DNA from: an uncultured Sangeribacter sp. | GTDB lineage: Bacteria; Bacteroidota; Bacteroidia; Bacteroidales; Muribaculaceae | Direction: 5' to 3' | DNA: 50,613 nt | Assembly: GCA_964531005.1 (NCBI GenBank) | Contig: CAZHCM010000001.1 | Coordinates: 1 to 50,613, forward strand | Shown: positions 9,796 to 20,600 of the stretch, in pieces | How positions within the stretch are numbered: the stretch's first letter is position 1 | Layout of the letters: the number at the start of each line of letters is the position of its first letter | Program-made: the position numbers and the translations under genes | The notes under the pieces: generated by a model | Told to the model about the DNA's origin: nothing | Seen by the model: only the letters and a program-made list of their open reading frames with translations | Databases searched by the model: none

Positions 9796-10478
9796 TTGAT
9801 CAGCGCAAGTATCGATTTCCAGGTCTTGACATCGGCTTCAAAATCGGGGTTGCCCTCGAACCTATCGACGAGCGATTCGAGCACCCTCTGTGCATTGTCC
9901 CTGTCATGCAGGCGCAGGTAGGCGAGAGCCAGTATATAGCCGTTGTCAGCCATTTCCAGCTCGTCAGAGGAGGCTTCATACCTGCTGACCAGTGCGGGGA
10001 GTTCCGCCTTCAGCTCGGCGACCGTGAGATTGTCAATGTTCACGGGTGCCCCCTGGCCGGAGCGCACGTCCATCATGTCCTTGTCAGCACAGGCATAGAT
10101 GGCATCATAGACGTCATATCGCGATTGCCGGTACATCCAAGCACCCACTGCCACGAGAATGGCGATCTCCGCGGCCACCAAAGCCACCTGACGCATCCAG
10201 GGCTTGAAGCGGAATCGTTTGGGTGCGTAGGGCAAGGGCGCAGCCTTGGGGGCGCCGATGATGGCGCGCAACTGCTCCTTGGTCAGGCGTTTCATCGCCA
10301 TGCCAAACTCCAGGTTGTCTTGCTCAGCCTCTTTGCATATGCCGATGACAGCCGCCACATAGACGTTGAACTCACTGGCCAGCTCCTTGTCGGAGTCCAG
10401 ACGCGACTCGAAGGCTTTCCGCTCAGCCTGGGAAAGCTCACCCTTAAGGTATCTGTCGAAAATGTCAATGTCTGCCAT
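9792..10478 (-). CDS. Putative anti-sigma factor (cytoplasmic helical domain, one TM, periplasmic TPR-like helix pair)
   Basis: IDIFDRYLKGELSQAERKAFESRL..DKEL N-terminus typical of Bacteroidetes anti-sigmas; TM at about 97-114; YILALAYLRL...AQRVL; overlaps the sigma gene. Confidence 0.75.
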   Translation of the reverse strand: MADIDIFDRYLKGELSQAERKAFESRLDSDKELASEFNVYVAAVIGICKEAEQDNLEFGMAMKRLTKEQLRAIIGAPKAAPLPYAPKRFRFKPWMRQVALVAAEIAILVAVGAWMYRQSRYDVYDAIYACADKDMMDVRSGQGAPVNIDNLTVAELKAELPALVSRYEASSDELEMADNGYILALAYLRLHDRDNAQRVLESLVDRFEGNPDFEADVKTWKSILALIK

Positions 10479-11097
10479 CTTTCCTCCATTTTTTTGGTGT
10501 GACGTCGTAGCCGATTCTTCTAAGGGCGGCCGTGAGGCGGGAGATGAGTTCGTTCATGCAACTGTTCTTCTTGGCCTTGGCGGTGGCGGCATTCTTATAT
10601 CCGTTCTCCTCCGCTATCTCCTCCATTGACCAGTCGCTGTAGTAGTAGGCCTGGATTATCCCTTTGCATGGCTCGGGGGTATGCTCCAGCTCGTCGCCGA
10701 GCACCCTGAGCACTTCGGGATCCCGGCTGAGGGCCACCCCCTCGGAGTCTTCCGGCAAGGTCTTCAACACATCCTCCACCTTTCTGGCGGTGGTGGCTGA
10801 GGGTGCATCCGGCTCGTCATCGCTGGTAAAGGCGTCAGCCGAGTCAGTGATGCCGGCTTTCCTCCACTCCTTGCTCGCAAGGTTCATGCCGATGGTCATG
10901 ATATAGCTGCTCCAGGAGGTATCCTCCTTGATGCGCCCCAGCAGAAGGTTCTCCTGCACGGCCACAAACGTGTCCTGATACAGGTTTTCAGCCTCATAGA
11001 GCGAAAGCCCGGAATACTTCGCCGTAAGCCGGCGAAGGAAATCCGGGCGCAGCCTATTGTACCACCGGCGCACTATCTCCTCATAATCCTGTGCCAT
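10465..11097 (-). CDS. ECF-type RNA polymerase sigma factor
   Basis: Region 2 AENLYQDTF...SSYIMTIGMN; region 4 CKGIIQAYYYSDWSMEEIAEENGYKNAATAKAKKNSCM. Confidence 0.85.
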   Translation of the reverse strand: MAQDYEEIVRRWYNRLRPDFLRRLTAKYSGLSLYEAENLYQDTFVAVQENLLLGRIKEDTSWSSYIMTIGMNLASKEWRKAGITDSADAFTSDDEPDAPSATTARKVEDVLKTLPEDSEGVALSRDPEVLRVLGDELEHTPEPCKGIIQAYYYSDWSMEEIAEENGYKNAATAKAKKNSCMNELISRLTAALRRIGYDVTPKKWRKDGRH

Positions 11098-11116
11098 AGT
11101 CTCCCTTTTCGAGATG

Positions 11117-11124
11117 CAAAGTTA
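11117..11124 (-). promoter_or_regulatory. -7 promoter element for the ECF sigma/anti-sigma/caspase unit
   Basis: TAACTTTG on -, 19 bp upstream of the ATG. Confidence 0.6.
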
Positions 11125-11201
11125 ATAAAAGTATTCGTTCCAGCATTTATTTATGGGTATAGATTTCAAGTAGATTAAGAATAGTACGATTTTTTGCTCA
11201 A

Positions 11202-12110
11202 TTAGACTCCTCGCTCTGATTTTTCGACGACTACGTTTTGTTTGCGTAGTTTTCGATTGCTCCCCATACCTGCTCGTATCGCCTCGACCCAGATGTCGGA
11301 GCCCACTTCAACATTCTCCTTCATTGCTTGGGCAATATAGTAGGAAAGGGAGCCATACCAGGTGTTAGTCTCTACATCTCGCACTTCCTTGTTAACCTGA
11401 TAGGAGCGACAGGCTTCGATAATCAAAATGGGGGCCTGCCCTTCCTTGGAGGGAATGATGAAGTAGTCGTTAGTCTCTCGTGTGCGATCAGGCACATACT
11501 CTTTGCCAGACCGGGTGAACCCTTCACGTATGCCACGAACATGTTCCTCGTCCCCTCTTGATGCGGTGCCGCTGTGACAGGCATCCAAAACCACGACCAG
11601 CTTGCCTTCCGTCCCAAGGGCGGAACGCATGGCCTCGAAGTATGATTCTAACTCGTCATCGAGAAGGTGATTTGCACCCTCATACACTCCTTCGGCATAA
11701 TGCATTTCTGCATCGACAGGGATAAGGGCTTCGTCCCACCCATCTTCTTCATCGCCATTCAAGTCCTCAAATGGCTGACCGTGCATGGAAAAATGCAGGT
11801 ATATCATCTCTCCTTGATGGCACACTCGTGCCATCGAATCCAAAGCCGCCACGATGGCTTCATGCGTAGCTTTGCCATCAACCAGACGCGTAACAGTGAA
11901 ACCCTGCGCATCCAGGAGGGGAGCAAGAAGAGAGACATCGTTGGCGCCACTGATATTAGCCCACATATGTGGGTCTTCCATAGCGTTGCCATAGTCGGAT
12001 ATGCCGACAAGAAGCGCACGCTTTGTCTCGGCATTCATCACCTGACAGCCAACGAATAACGCCAATATCCCACATACTAAGAATTCGTATAAATTTTTCA
12101 TAAACAGCAC
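11202..12110 (-). CDS. Exported metacaspase (peptidase C14), paralog of 8890-9795
   Basis: Signal peptide ...QVMNA|ETKRALLVGIS; HFSMHG, DLNGDEEDGWDE, DACHSG, EACRSYQ, GSLSY. Confidence 0.9.
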   Translation of the reverse strand: MLFMKNLYEFLVCGILALFVGCQVMNAETKRALLVGISDYGNAMEDPHMWANISGANDVSLLAPLLDAQGFTVTRLVDGKATHEAIVAALDSMARVCHQGEMIYLHFSMHGQPFEDLNGDEEDGWDEALIPVDAEMHYAEGVYEGANHLLDDELESYFEAMRSALGTEGKLVVVLDACHSGTASRGDEEHVRGIREGFTRSGKEYVPDRTRETNDYFIIPSKEGQAPILIIEACRSYQVNKEVRDVETNTWYGSLSYYIAQAMKENVEVGSDIWVEAIRAGMGSNRKLRKQNVVVEKSERGV

Positions 12111-12123
12111 ATTGATTGATGAT

Positions 12124-15100
12124 TCAGTTCAACCCATCCAACAATACGAACGCTGCCCAGTATTCAGGGTCCGAAAACTCTGGATGGTCACGTAAGGACT
12201 TCTGTGCAAGCTTGAGGCTTTCATTTTTTGACTTGCCTGAGAGATAATGGCGGTAAAACTCAGTCATCAGGAGTTGGGTGGCTTCATCATCGACTTTCCA
12301 CAAGGACATCAAGAGGGTTTTTGCCCCTGCGAGTTTGAAGCCTCGTTGGAGGCCAAAGACTCCTTCGCCTGAAGTCTCGCCAAGACCACTTTCGCAGGCT
12401 GACATGACGACCATGTCTACGTTTCCAAGATTCATGTTTGAGAGTTCTAAGGCGGTGAGGACACCATCTTCCACATCGTCGGGCAACGTCTCCCCCTTCA
12501 ACGCAAGATTTGCTCCACTGAATAACAAGCCTGAACGAGTCATTGCATTATCCTCAAAGTTTGAGGATTGAAGTTGAGCAGCTTTAATAAAATTTACGTA
12601 CTTTCGATTTTCCGCCTCTCTTTCTGACCAAAAAAAGCCATGAGTTGCAAGATGGATGATATCGAATTTAGAATATGTGAGTCTTTTGAATGATTCTTCT
12701 GTACCAGATGCACTCATAATCATTTTGGGTTTATAGGAAGAAGGAAAGAGCTTGAAAATTTTATCCACTTCTTTTATAGTTCCAGGTAAATCTCTTACTC
12801 CATATCGTAGATTATTGGACATCACTGCTCTATGAGTTGATGTCGGATGATAATCACCTGAACGGCTTTCAGCTATCATCTCTTCTCTTTCCAGATCATA
12901 TTTTAAACCACCAAATAAAACAGCGTTTAGAGATAAAGGAGAATTATACCTATCAATTATTTCCCTCGTAGATGATAAACGGAAAAGATTCCATTGGTCA
13001 CATACACGTTTATTATTCACCATGGACGCATATTCAATTGCAATTGAATTCAGCTCTTCGCATGGAGAAAAGTAAATATTTTTAATATCTGATACGTACT
13101 GTTGTATTGGTTTCCATAAAGTTTCAAAGATATTCGTATTATTCCTGTGTAATAATTCATCGTTATTGAATCCATCTATAAGAGCCGCAGGTCCCAAAAC
13201 TACAGTTTGAGGTTGATCATACTCTCTTCTAATAACTAAAGCAATATAATAAGGATTTGAAGTGATATCGGTAAAATTATAAAAATTATAGCACTTAACA
13301 AATTCGATAGCCGCTTCATCATCCCTCAATGCATTTCTTACATCATACCACCTGTAAGATAACTTCTTAAAATATGAAGTCGTCTGTGAAGCATATTTGA
13401 TTAGTTCTCGTTTAATTATCTCATCTTGAAGTGCAAATGAGGCAGAACTTTTTTGCAATGAAGACCAGTTAGCTATTAAAGCACTATCAGGACAATTTCT
13501 TATGGCATCCCTGAACTCATTTTGACTCGTAAGTAATACGCCTTTGCTTAATAAGGCATAATCATAGGCTTCTTGGGATGCAGACCAATCTATTGTGTTA
13601 TTATTAATCCCGATTAAGAGATCATAAAAAGGGATATGTGAATACCGAGGATTAGTACGCAAAAAATGTGTTTGTTCCTTCTCACTCATTAGGGGCAACT
13701 CATTTATAATCATTGCTCGATGAAAACCAACAAATTCTTCGGCATATTTTGTTACTATATCCTTCTTTCGGTTATCACGGGCAGAAAGCATAAGCCAAGA
13801 CAATACTAATTCGCGTAACTCCGGACTTAAATTATTGAATTTTATTAGCTTCTCCGCAACAGGAAATAGTTCTTTTATGTCACCTTGCTTGATAAATGCG
13901 CTTGCCTTTGAATATAGAACATCAAAATCATCGGGACTACCCATATTTGAAAAATAATAATTTGCCCTATCTTTGTCACCTAACTTCAAATACGAATGAG
14001 CGAGTGACTCATTCACATATTTTAGTACTTCTTGGTCGTCATCATGACGATGGTCCATAAGAATTTCCTCCGCCAGTGAAATAATATATTGAGTAGCGCC
14101 AGCAATAGAAGACGCAGCCACTAAGACCCACATATCAGATAAACCGATATCTAATCTATGTTTCAAACGCCATTCATAATTCAATTTAGCAATATTGTAA
14201 TAATTCAAATCTGGGCCAGTTTCGCTATAGTAATAAGTTAATGCGCCTAAAAGTGCAGTAATATCTTCATTAGAGAACAAATTTGGTAATTCATTATTTA
14301 TAGCGTGAGAATATAAAGCTGCAGGATATTCTGAAGCATGAACATCATTGCTAAAATTATTTCCTTCAGCCACTAGATTTATAAAATTCTCAAATTTCTC
14401 TTGAATACTCCCGTTGAGGATCCTTTCTTTATACACAGCTATACATCCTTCCAAGAAATCATTATCTCTACTCATTGCCCAAATAGTATTTAGGGTATGT
14501 CTCCTGTTATCTATATCGATTACATCATTTTGCTCATGCAGGCATTTTAGGAGATAATTTATTCCTTCAATTGGATCCTCACAATCCTGAATTATGAGTC
14601 GAAGCCAACCGAAACTATCTTCAAATGATATTACATCGCCAGAAACACTATTCTCAGACCTTATTAAATACGCCAGGTGTTCTTCTCTCTTAGCATACTC
14701 AACCGCGTTCTTTTTATCATCCATATCTCTACAATAGCAAGATAAGATTCGATATTCACTAAGTAGTTGAGGGGTATTCACTCCATATCGATCTATAATA
14801 ATCCTTACAATTTCCTTGCGATGGTCCACGGCTTGTTGGTATAATCCCGCACGATGTAAGTGATGAGACAGGTTGCGTAATATATCTGAATAATCAACCC
14901 TATCAACTTTCTTAGACAAATCAATCGTCAGTTGCGCATATTTTTGACAACTATCGGACTGAGTTTTATAAGAATAATATTTACAAAGTGCATTATAATC
15001 CAATAACAAGTTGTATTTATCCGAACTATTGCAATCTATTTGTACACTTTGATAAGTAAGGCCAATAGCCTCATCATAATTACCTTCCTCAGCATAGTTT

Positions 15101-15189
15101 TTTCCAAGATTATAAAATGCACTTTGTGAGTTACTTATTAAAGAATAGCACATCGTAAGAAACAATAAAAAATATCTTGCCAACTTCAT
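12124..15189 (-). CDS. Exported TPR/helical-repeat CHAT-domain protease
   Basis: Start MKLARYFLLFLTMCYS (signal-like); CHAT motifs HLATHGFF, SGLLFSGAN, LTALE, SACESGLG, GLQRGFKLAG, MSLWKVDD, YWAAF. Confidence 0.9.
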   Translation of the reverse strand: MKLARYFLLFLTMCYSLISNSQSAFYNLGKNYAEEGNYDEAIGLTYQSVQIDCNSSDKYNLLLDYNALCKYYSYKTQSDSCQKYAQLTIDLSKKVDRVDYSDILRNLSHHLHRAGLYQQAVDHRKEIVRIIIDRYGVNTPQLLSEYRILSCYCRDMDDKKNAVEYAKREEHLAYLIRSENSVSGDVISFEDSFGWLRLIIQDCEDPIEGINYLLKCLHEQNDVIDIDNRRHTLNTIWAMSRDNDFLEGCIAVYKERILNGSIQEKFENFINLVAEGNNFSNDVHASEYPAALYSHAINNELPNLFSNEDITALLGALTYYYSETGPDLNYYNIAKLNYEWRLKHRLDIGLSDMWVLVAASSIAGATQYIISLAEEILMDHRHDDDQEVLKYVNESLAHSYLKLGDKDRANYYFSNMGSPDDFDVLYSKASAFIKQGDIKELFPVAEKLIKFNNLSPELRELVLSWLMLSARDNRKKDIVTKYAEEFVGFHRAMIINELPLMSEKEQTHFLRTNPRYSHIPFYDLLIGINNNTIDWSASQEAYDYALLSKGVLLTSQNEFRDAIRNCPDSALIANWSSLQKSSASFALQDEIIKRELIKYASQTTSYFKKLSYRWYDVRNALRDDEAAIEFVKCYNFYNFTDITSNPYYIALVIRREYDQPQTVVLGPAALIDGFNNDELLHRNNTNIFETLWKPIQQYVSDIKNIYFSPCEELNSIAIEYASMVNNKRVCDQWNLFRLSSTREIIDRYNSPLSLNAVLFGGLKYDLEREEMIAESRSGDYHPTSTHRAVMSNNLRYGVRDLPGTIKEVDKIFKLFPSSYKPKMIMSASGTEESFKRLTYSKFDIIHLATHGFFWSEREAENRKYVNFIKAAQLQSSNFEDNAMTRSGLLFSGANLALKGETLPDDVEDGVLTALELSNMNLGNVDMVVMSACESGLGETSGEGVFGLQRGFKLAGAKTLLMSLWKVDDEATQLLMTEFYRHYLSGKSKNESLKLAQKSLRDHPEFSDPEYWAAFVLLDGLN

Positions 15190-15526
15190 TTCCACTTTTT
15201 CTATTGATAAAATTGTATATACATCTAAATAACACATTGAAATACCCGTTTTTTGAGTGGTAATACTCAATAACAGACTGATATAATTTTAATGTTTTCT
15301 CATTTCTTGAATAAAATGAAGCCAATCGCGAAAGAAAAATTTCATGATTAGCGTAGTAGATTTAAAGAGGTTAATATCTATCGTCTCTAATACATAATTA
15401 AGGCGGTCAGAGATGGTTGTTCGAGCTACTCCTAATGAACCACAGAAGACAGATAGCAGTAAAACTGCCATCTCCTTTATTCTGCTTATGATCGTTGTCA
15501 TTCCCATTGTAGCCATTCGTGATATG

Positions 15527-15913
15527 TTAATAATTCTCCATTGATTCCATTAGTGGGTAAGGATCACGAAGCAGTTGTAGACTGGGCCTTGATTGACGAC
15601 AGGGATGTTGTATCGTGCCCTTCCCTTCGCGTACTCCCTGGCGGTAGGTCCCTTCATATTTGGACTCAAACTGACCGTTGACGTATTTCGTGGCTACTCC
15701 GTGTCCGTGCGCCTTGCCATCCTTGACAGGACCATCCCACGTGAAAGTCTCTCCAGGAGCATAGTAAGGGTCCAGAAGCTGGACATCCTTGCCACAGCTT
15801 ACCCACTTTTCTTCCAATGCATATGTCTTGCCACTCCCCTGTGCGGTATAGGAAAGTGTCACTGACAGAAAGATCAATATCTTTCTTATGTTCATCATAT
15901 GAAGCATAGTCAC
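15527..15913 (-). pseudogene. Truncated MORN-repeat secreted protein
   Basis: Signal peptide, then WDGPVKDGKAHGHG and YEGTYRQGVREGKG (MORN-like); sequence becomes non-MORN after GKGTI. Confidence 0.6.
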
Positions 15914-15933
15914 TCAGTTAAGTATCACTGTAC

Positions 15934-16190
15934 GAAAGAAGCGTGAACCTCATCACTATGTCACCATGCTGAGGCTCTGGACTGCCATCTACGAGTAACA
16001 AGTAAAAAGCTCACGCTTATGGCATATATAGCAGTCTATAGAAACTGAGATATACACTTCAGCGTGAGCGCCATTGCTTGTTATCTGCGTAGATTGAAAA
16101 TTGTCCAGATTTTCAGCATCAGATAACCGAGTGTTTGACGCTCATCTTCGATATGTATTCTGGCATACCCTCAACGGGGGTCTGCCACGA
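15934..16190 (-). promoter_or_regulatory. Long structured 5' leader (attenuator-like) downstream of the promoter at 16194-16201
   Basis: Nested complementary blocks: atgctga/tcagcat, tctggac/gtccaga, atctacg/cgtagat, taacaag/cttgtta, gctcacgct/agcgtgagc; a competing aagcgtgaac block at 15939-15948. Confidence 0.65.
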
Positions 16191-16348
16191 ATGCAAAGTT
16201 ACAAAGATTTTCTCAAACACGCCACAGCAATGGCCATTTTTTTATCAATACTGCCTATCGTCATCGCATGAGTCCCCTTAGACTCCGTTGCATGCAGTCC
16301 TTCACATAGCTTGAATGTGATCAGGAGGGTGAATGATTAAGAGGGGAA

Positions 16349-17509
16349 TCATTGCTCAAGGAACCTCAGAATCTGATTCTCGGGAATGCCAAAGTTGAAT
16401 GAGTCGGTGCCTCTGAGTTTTGCAAAGTTGACAGCCCTTACATACCCCTCACGGTCTATGACGGGGGAGCCACTTGATCCTTGAAGGGTGGGGATGGTGT
16501 AAAGGATCTTATGGCCGTCAGGATGCTGCGAGATCTTTCCTGAAGTCATCTGAGCCTGGATGCCTTGCTTGGTATTGCCAAGCACCAGCCCGGCATTGAA
16601 CCCGATCATGATCAAGTCTTGGTCCACCTGGAGCGCGTCATCGTCTTGCCCACCGAACACGGCCAACACCTTCTCCACGAATCCTTCCTCCTCGACATCC
16701 CTACCCTTGATTTTGAAGATGTGTTTGCCATCCGGAGTGACCTTGTTCTTCAACTGTATCAAAGCCAGGTCCACTTCGTCCTTGTCTGACAACTTGGTGA
16801 CGACACAAGGATTGCTTTCAAGGAAATCTTCCAGTCGAGTGACGTAGGTGTCGTTGTAGGCTATGCCAATCTCGTTGATGGGGCGCACCTTTATTTGGGA
16901 GAAGTCCATGCGAGACACTTCATTGACGATCCGCTGAGCCTGGTCATACTCGGAGGCGAGCTGTTGCTGGGCCGCTTCGATCTGATAATACCTGTTGGAG
17001 TCTACGTTGTAATCCCCCCAAAAGTCCACATAGTAGCATTGCGACTTCTCGGCTTCAAGCCTGTCGTACTGCTGCGCATACTCAAATTGGGTGTACTGGG
17101 CATACTCCTTCAATTCTTTCAGAAAAGAAGATGCAGCCTTCCTGATAGTTTCGTCCGACACCTCAGGGCTGACCACGTGACGGTTGGTCATCAGGGTGCC
17201 CTTGTCATCGATGAAGAAGGCGGTGCCCGTAGCCATCGACTTCTTCTCTTCCGCCTCCTTGCGCTCCAAGGTCAGATTAGCAAGATCACCGTCATCATCG
17301 ATGCCGGAGCAATACAATGTCGAGCCATTGGGAAGCTCAATCTCATAGTAGTACGAATTGAGGACCATGCAGACTCCTGACTGCTGCTGGTCAAACAACT
17401 CCTTAGGCTCCCTGGTCTTGCTGCAGGCACAGAAAAGGAGGCAGAGGAGAGGGAGGATTAACGATGTGGAATTCAGGGTCATGTGTATCGAGGTTTTGTT
17501 GGTTTTCAC
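16349..17509 (-). CDS. Trypsin-like (S1) serine protease lipoprotein
   Basis: Lipobox-like LFCAC; GTAFFI, TNRHV (His), DLAL (Asp), GSSGSP (Ser); coiled-coil insertion. The start may be the ATG at 17482. Confidence 0.85.
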   Translation of the reverse strand: MKTNKTSIHMTLNSTSLILPLLCLLFCACSKTREPKELFDQQQSGVCMVLNSYYYEIELPNGSTLYCSGIDDDGDLANLTLERKEAEEKKSMATGTAFFIDDKGTLMTNRHVVSPEVSDETIRKAASSFLKELKEYAQYTQFEYAQQYDRLEAEKSQCYYVDFWGDYNVDSNRYYQIEAAQQQLASEYDQAQRIVNEVSRMDFSQIKVRPINEIGIAYNDTYVTRLEDFLESNPCVVTKLSDKDEVDLALIQLKNKVTPDGKHIFKIKGRDVEEEGFVEKVLAVFGGQDDDALQVDQDLIMIGFNAGLVLGNTKQGIQAQMTSGKISQHPDGHKILYTIPTLQGSSGSPVIDREGYVRAVNFAKLRGTDSFNFGIPENQILRFLEQ

Positions 17510-17618
17510 ATATAGATACCTGGAACGTCAAAAGGTAAACGGTTTCCCTACCCGAGTAAGTTCAAGGTCGCGAACGCATACTTATCGGATGTCTGGGATT
17601 CAGACGCCTCTGCCAGGT

Positions 17619-20600
17619 TTATTCGATCAGGACGTAGGATGACCAGGCCCGGGGTTCGTCTGGATAGGCTGCCATCAGCGCCTTGCGGGCCTGCCGGAAA
17701 GCGTCATAGACTGTCATGCCGTCGGCCAACCCTGCGTAGAGCGCCTCCATGAAGAGGCTCGTCTCCCGGTCGCCGACCTTGGCGAGCGTGCAAAGCACGC
17801 TTCGGCTCCCGGCCATGCGGAAAGCACGCTGCAAACCCCAGACACCTTCGCTGTCGACGTTGCCCAGGGCGGTCTCGCAGGCCGACAACACGGTGAGTTG
17901 CAGATCCGGGAACACCAGGCCTTCTATTTCCTCCGCTGTCAGGATATCGTCTTCGTCGTCGAGAATCCTTTCAGCCCTCCACGAGAGGTTGCCTCGCCGG
18001 AGCACAAGGCCGGAAAGTGAGTTCCGGCCCGACGACAATGTGCGCCGGGCAATGTTGTAGTCAAAACTGGATGGGTCGCCGGCAGCCTCTTCCAAAGCCT
18101 TTTCACTCCGGAAAAAGCCGTGGGTGGAGAAGTGCAAAACATTGATAGGGTTGCCGTCCAAGGACTTTACGTTCTCCTCCAAGGCTTCATCATCGAAAAG
18201 GATGCCACTGGCGAAGGGAAGGTGGCTGGCAATGTCCTCTAACTCGTATTTGACATTAGGCAGATCCACCCACCTTCCCCTGGAAATAGTGTCCCCCTCC
18301 CCTACTGGCGAGTTGTGGTCTGCGACCCCCACGGCCACCACTCGCCCGTCAATTTTTCGGGATGGCATGATGTCGGCCAAATGAAAGGCCCTGTGGAGCC
18401 TGTACCCCTCCATCATTTCGGCACCTTCGGCTGCCAGGAACTCCAGGCCCAGGCCGCTCAGCGCCCCATCAGGACAGAAGTAGACGTCACCCGCTTTATT
18501 GAGATGCGGGATGAGGGGACTCCACACTTTTACAGGCTCTCTGAGCAGCTCTGTCTCCGACCCTAACGACACCAGGATCGGATTGCCAGTAGGGGTGATG
18601 ACAAAGGCTCCGTAAGAGGGTGCCGTCCCGTCGTGGTAGCGCACGAAGTCGATAGCCACGTCATCCGGCCCCAGGGCCTGCACGACTTGCGAGAGGTTCC
18701 TGTCGATCTCGGCACGGAGCTTCTTGTCATGAGAAATCCTGGCGCACAGATCGCGCTCCAATTTGGAGATGGAGGTGCGCAACTTGGGTATGTTGGCCGT
18801 GTCGCTATAGGCCACCGCATGATTCAGGTCCTTGCGCAGCCACTTCAATTGCCGGTATGACTTTCGCGTGGACCGCCTGGACGCGAACTCCTTTTCAAGG
18901 CTTTGACGTGTGGCGAGCAGCAGACCCTTGCGAAAGAGATTCAGGGCGAGCGCACTCTCTACCTCTCCCCCCGCGACGAAGCCGTCCATCAGCGTCTGCA
19001 CGGGTCTCTGCAAAGCCTTCCTCTCAGCGTCTGTCAGCAGCAGGAGAGTCTCCACGACCTGACGCTTCAAGGGGGTGATGATTTCCTGGCACAGAGCCGA
19101 ATACTCCGCGCCGTCCAGGGTTTGACGTCCTATGGATTCGAGCCGGCAGGACAAGTCAATGCGTTCGAGCGCCGTCAAGTGTCCTTGCATTCCTTCTTTT
19201 AGTATGGCAAGCGCTCTGTGTGGTTCTCCGGCGGCGATGTGGTAGGCAGTCTTCGTGATAAGGTCATCGTAGGCCGAGACTGCGCCTGACTGCGTCTCTG
19301 AGATTAGGAGATAACGCTGATAAAGGTCGGCTAACCCCTTAAAGTCACCTGCCCCTGCCTTAGCCGATATCAACGCGCCCAATGTCCTGACACTCTCCAG
19401 ATTCGATTTTCCAAAGACGGAATCCTGCACTGCCAGTTGCCGGGAGAGAATCCCGGCTGCCTCATCATGTCTGCCCAAGGCGCAGAGATTGCGCGAGCGA
19501 TAGAGATTCAAGCGATACATGCGCGTGTCTTCTGGCGCCAGCCATTCGTAGCAGGCGGCAGCCATCTGGAAGTTGCTTTCCGCCTCCTCGTGATTGAAGG
19601 CGTCATGGTTGAAAATTCCCAGCTCAACGTACCCCATCCCTTTGGCCACCTTGTTGCCCATCCTCACTCTGCCGTAGTCGAGCGCACGCTCTATGGCCTG
19701 GCGGCGCAGATAGGCATTGGAGGACAGCATCTGGGCCTTCCGGCAGAAGTGACGAGTCTTGCGTTCGTCAAATAGAGTCCCCTGGTCAAGGTATCTCTCA
19801 GCCTCTTCGTAGTGTTCGAGAGCCTTGGCTGGGTCAGTGAAACTGTAGACATACCCTAAGTTGTCGTGCCATACAAACTTCTCAAAGGGTGTCTTTTGAT
19901 TCTGCCACTCCCTGCGAAAGATCTCCACGGCCTCCTCCGTACGACCCATTTCCCCGAGTGTTGCAGCCTTGTTGAGGCTCACCGTGGAGCGGGTGGCTGC
20001 CAGGTCCGTCATGGCAAGGGCGAAGTCATAGTGTCGAACCGCTTCCTCATAGTCCCCTAAGCGGGAGCAGGCCAATGCCCAGTAGTCATGGAAAGTCACC
20101 TTAGCTTTCTTCCCTTTTATGTAGGGAGCATACGTCATGCCGTAGTCCACAAGTTGACGATACCTGTTCTGGTGATAGCAAAGCCGCAACAAGGATAGGA
20201 CATGGGGGGAGGGATCCTGGTTTATCGCTATCAGAGAGTCTGCCTTGGCCTCGTTATATCCTATGTCCAGAGACTTCAATAACTCGTGGAGGCCTTCAAG
20301 AGTCCTGGAATCGATAGAAATAGGACGATAAGTAAAGTTCATGCCTTCCTTTTCCTTGACCTCGAAGTCCTTTTCCGACACATTCCAAATCCTGTATATG
20401 AGATGCAACACGTCCTCCCTTCCTGCTTCCTTGCATCGCTGGAAAAATGAGGGGCGTCCATAGGTGTTCAGCCATTCCAGTTTCCCTCCATTGGCATGAT
20501 AGAAAGCCAGAAGGCGATGATAAGAGGAATAGGCCAAGTCCATGGGAATTTCATCGAGAAGGGCATCCACAAACTGTGCAGGCGACCGTGTGTTCCAGAC

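Noticed and set aside
15131-15516. Short ORFs 15289-15516 and 15131-15325
   Set aside because: No motifs, AT-rich junction DNA, and one overlaps the CHAT start; not supportable as genes.
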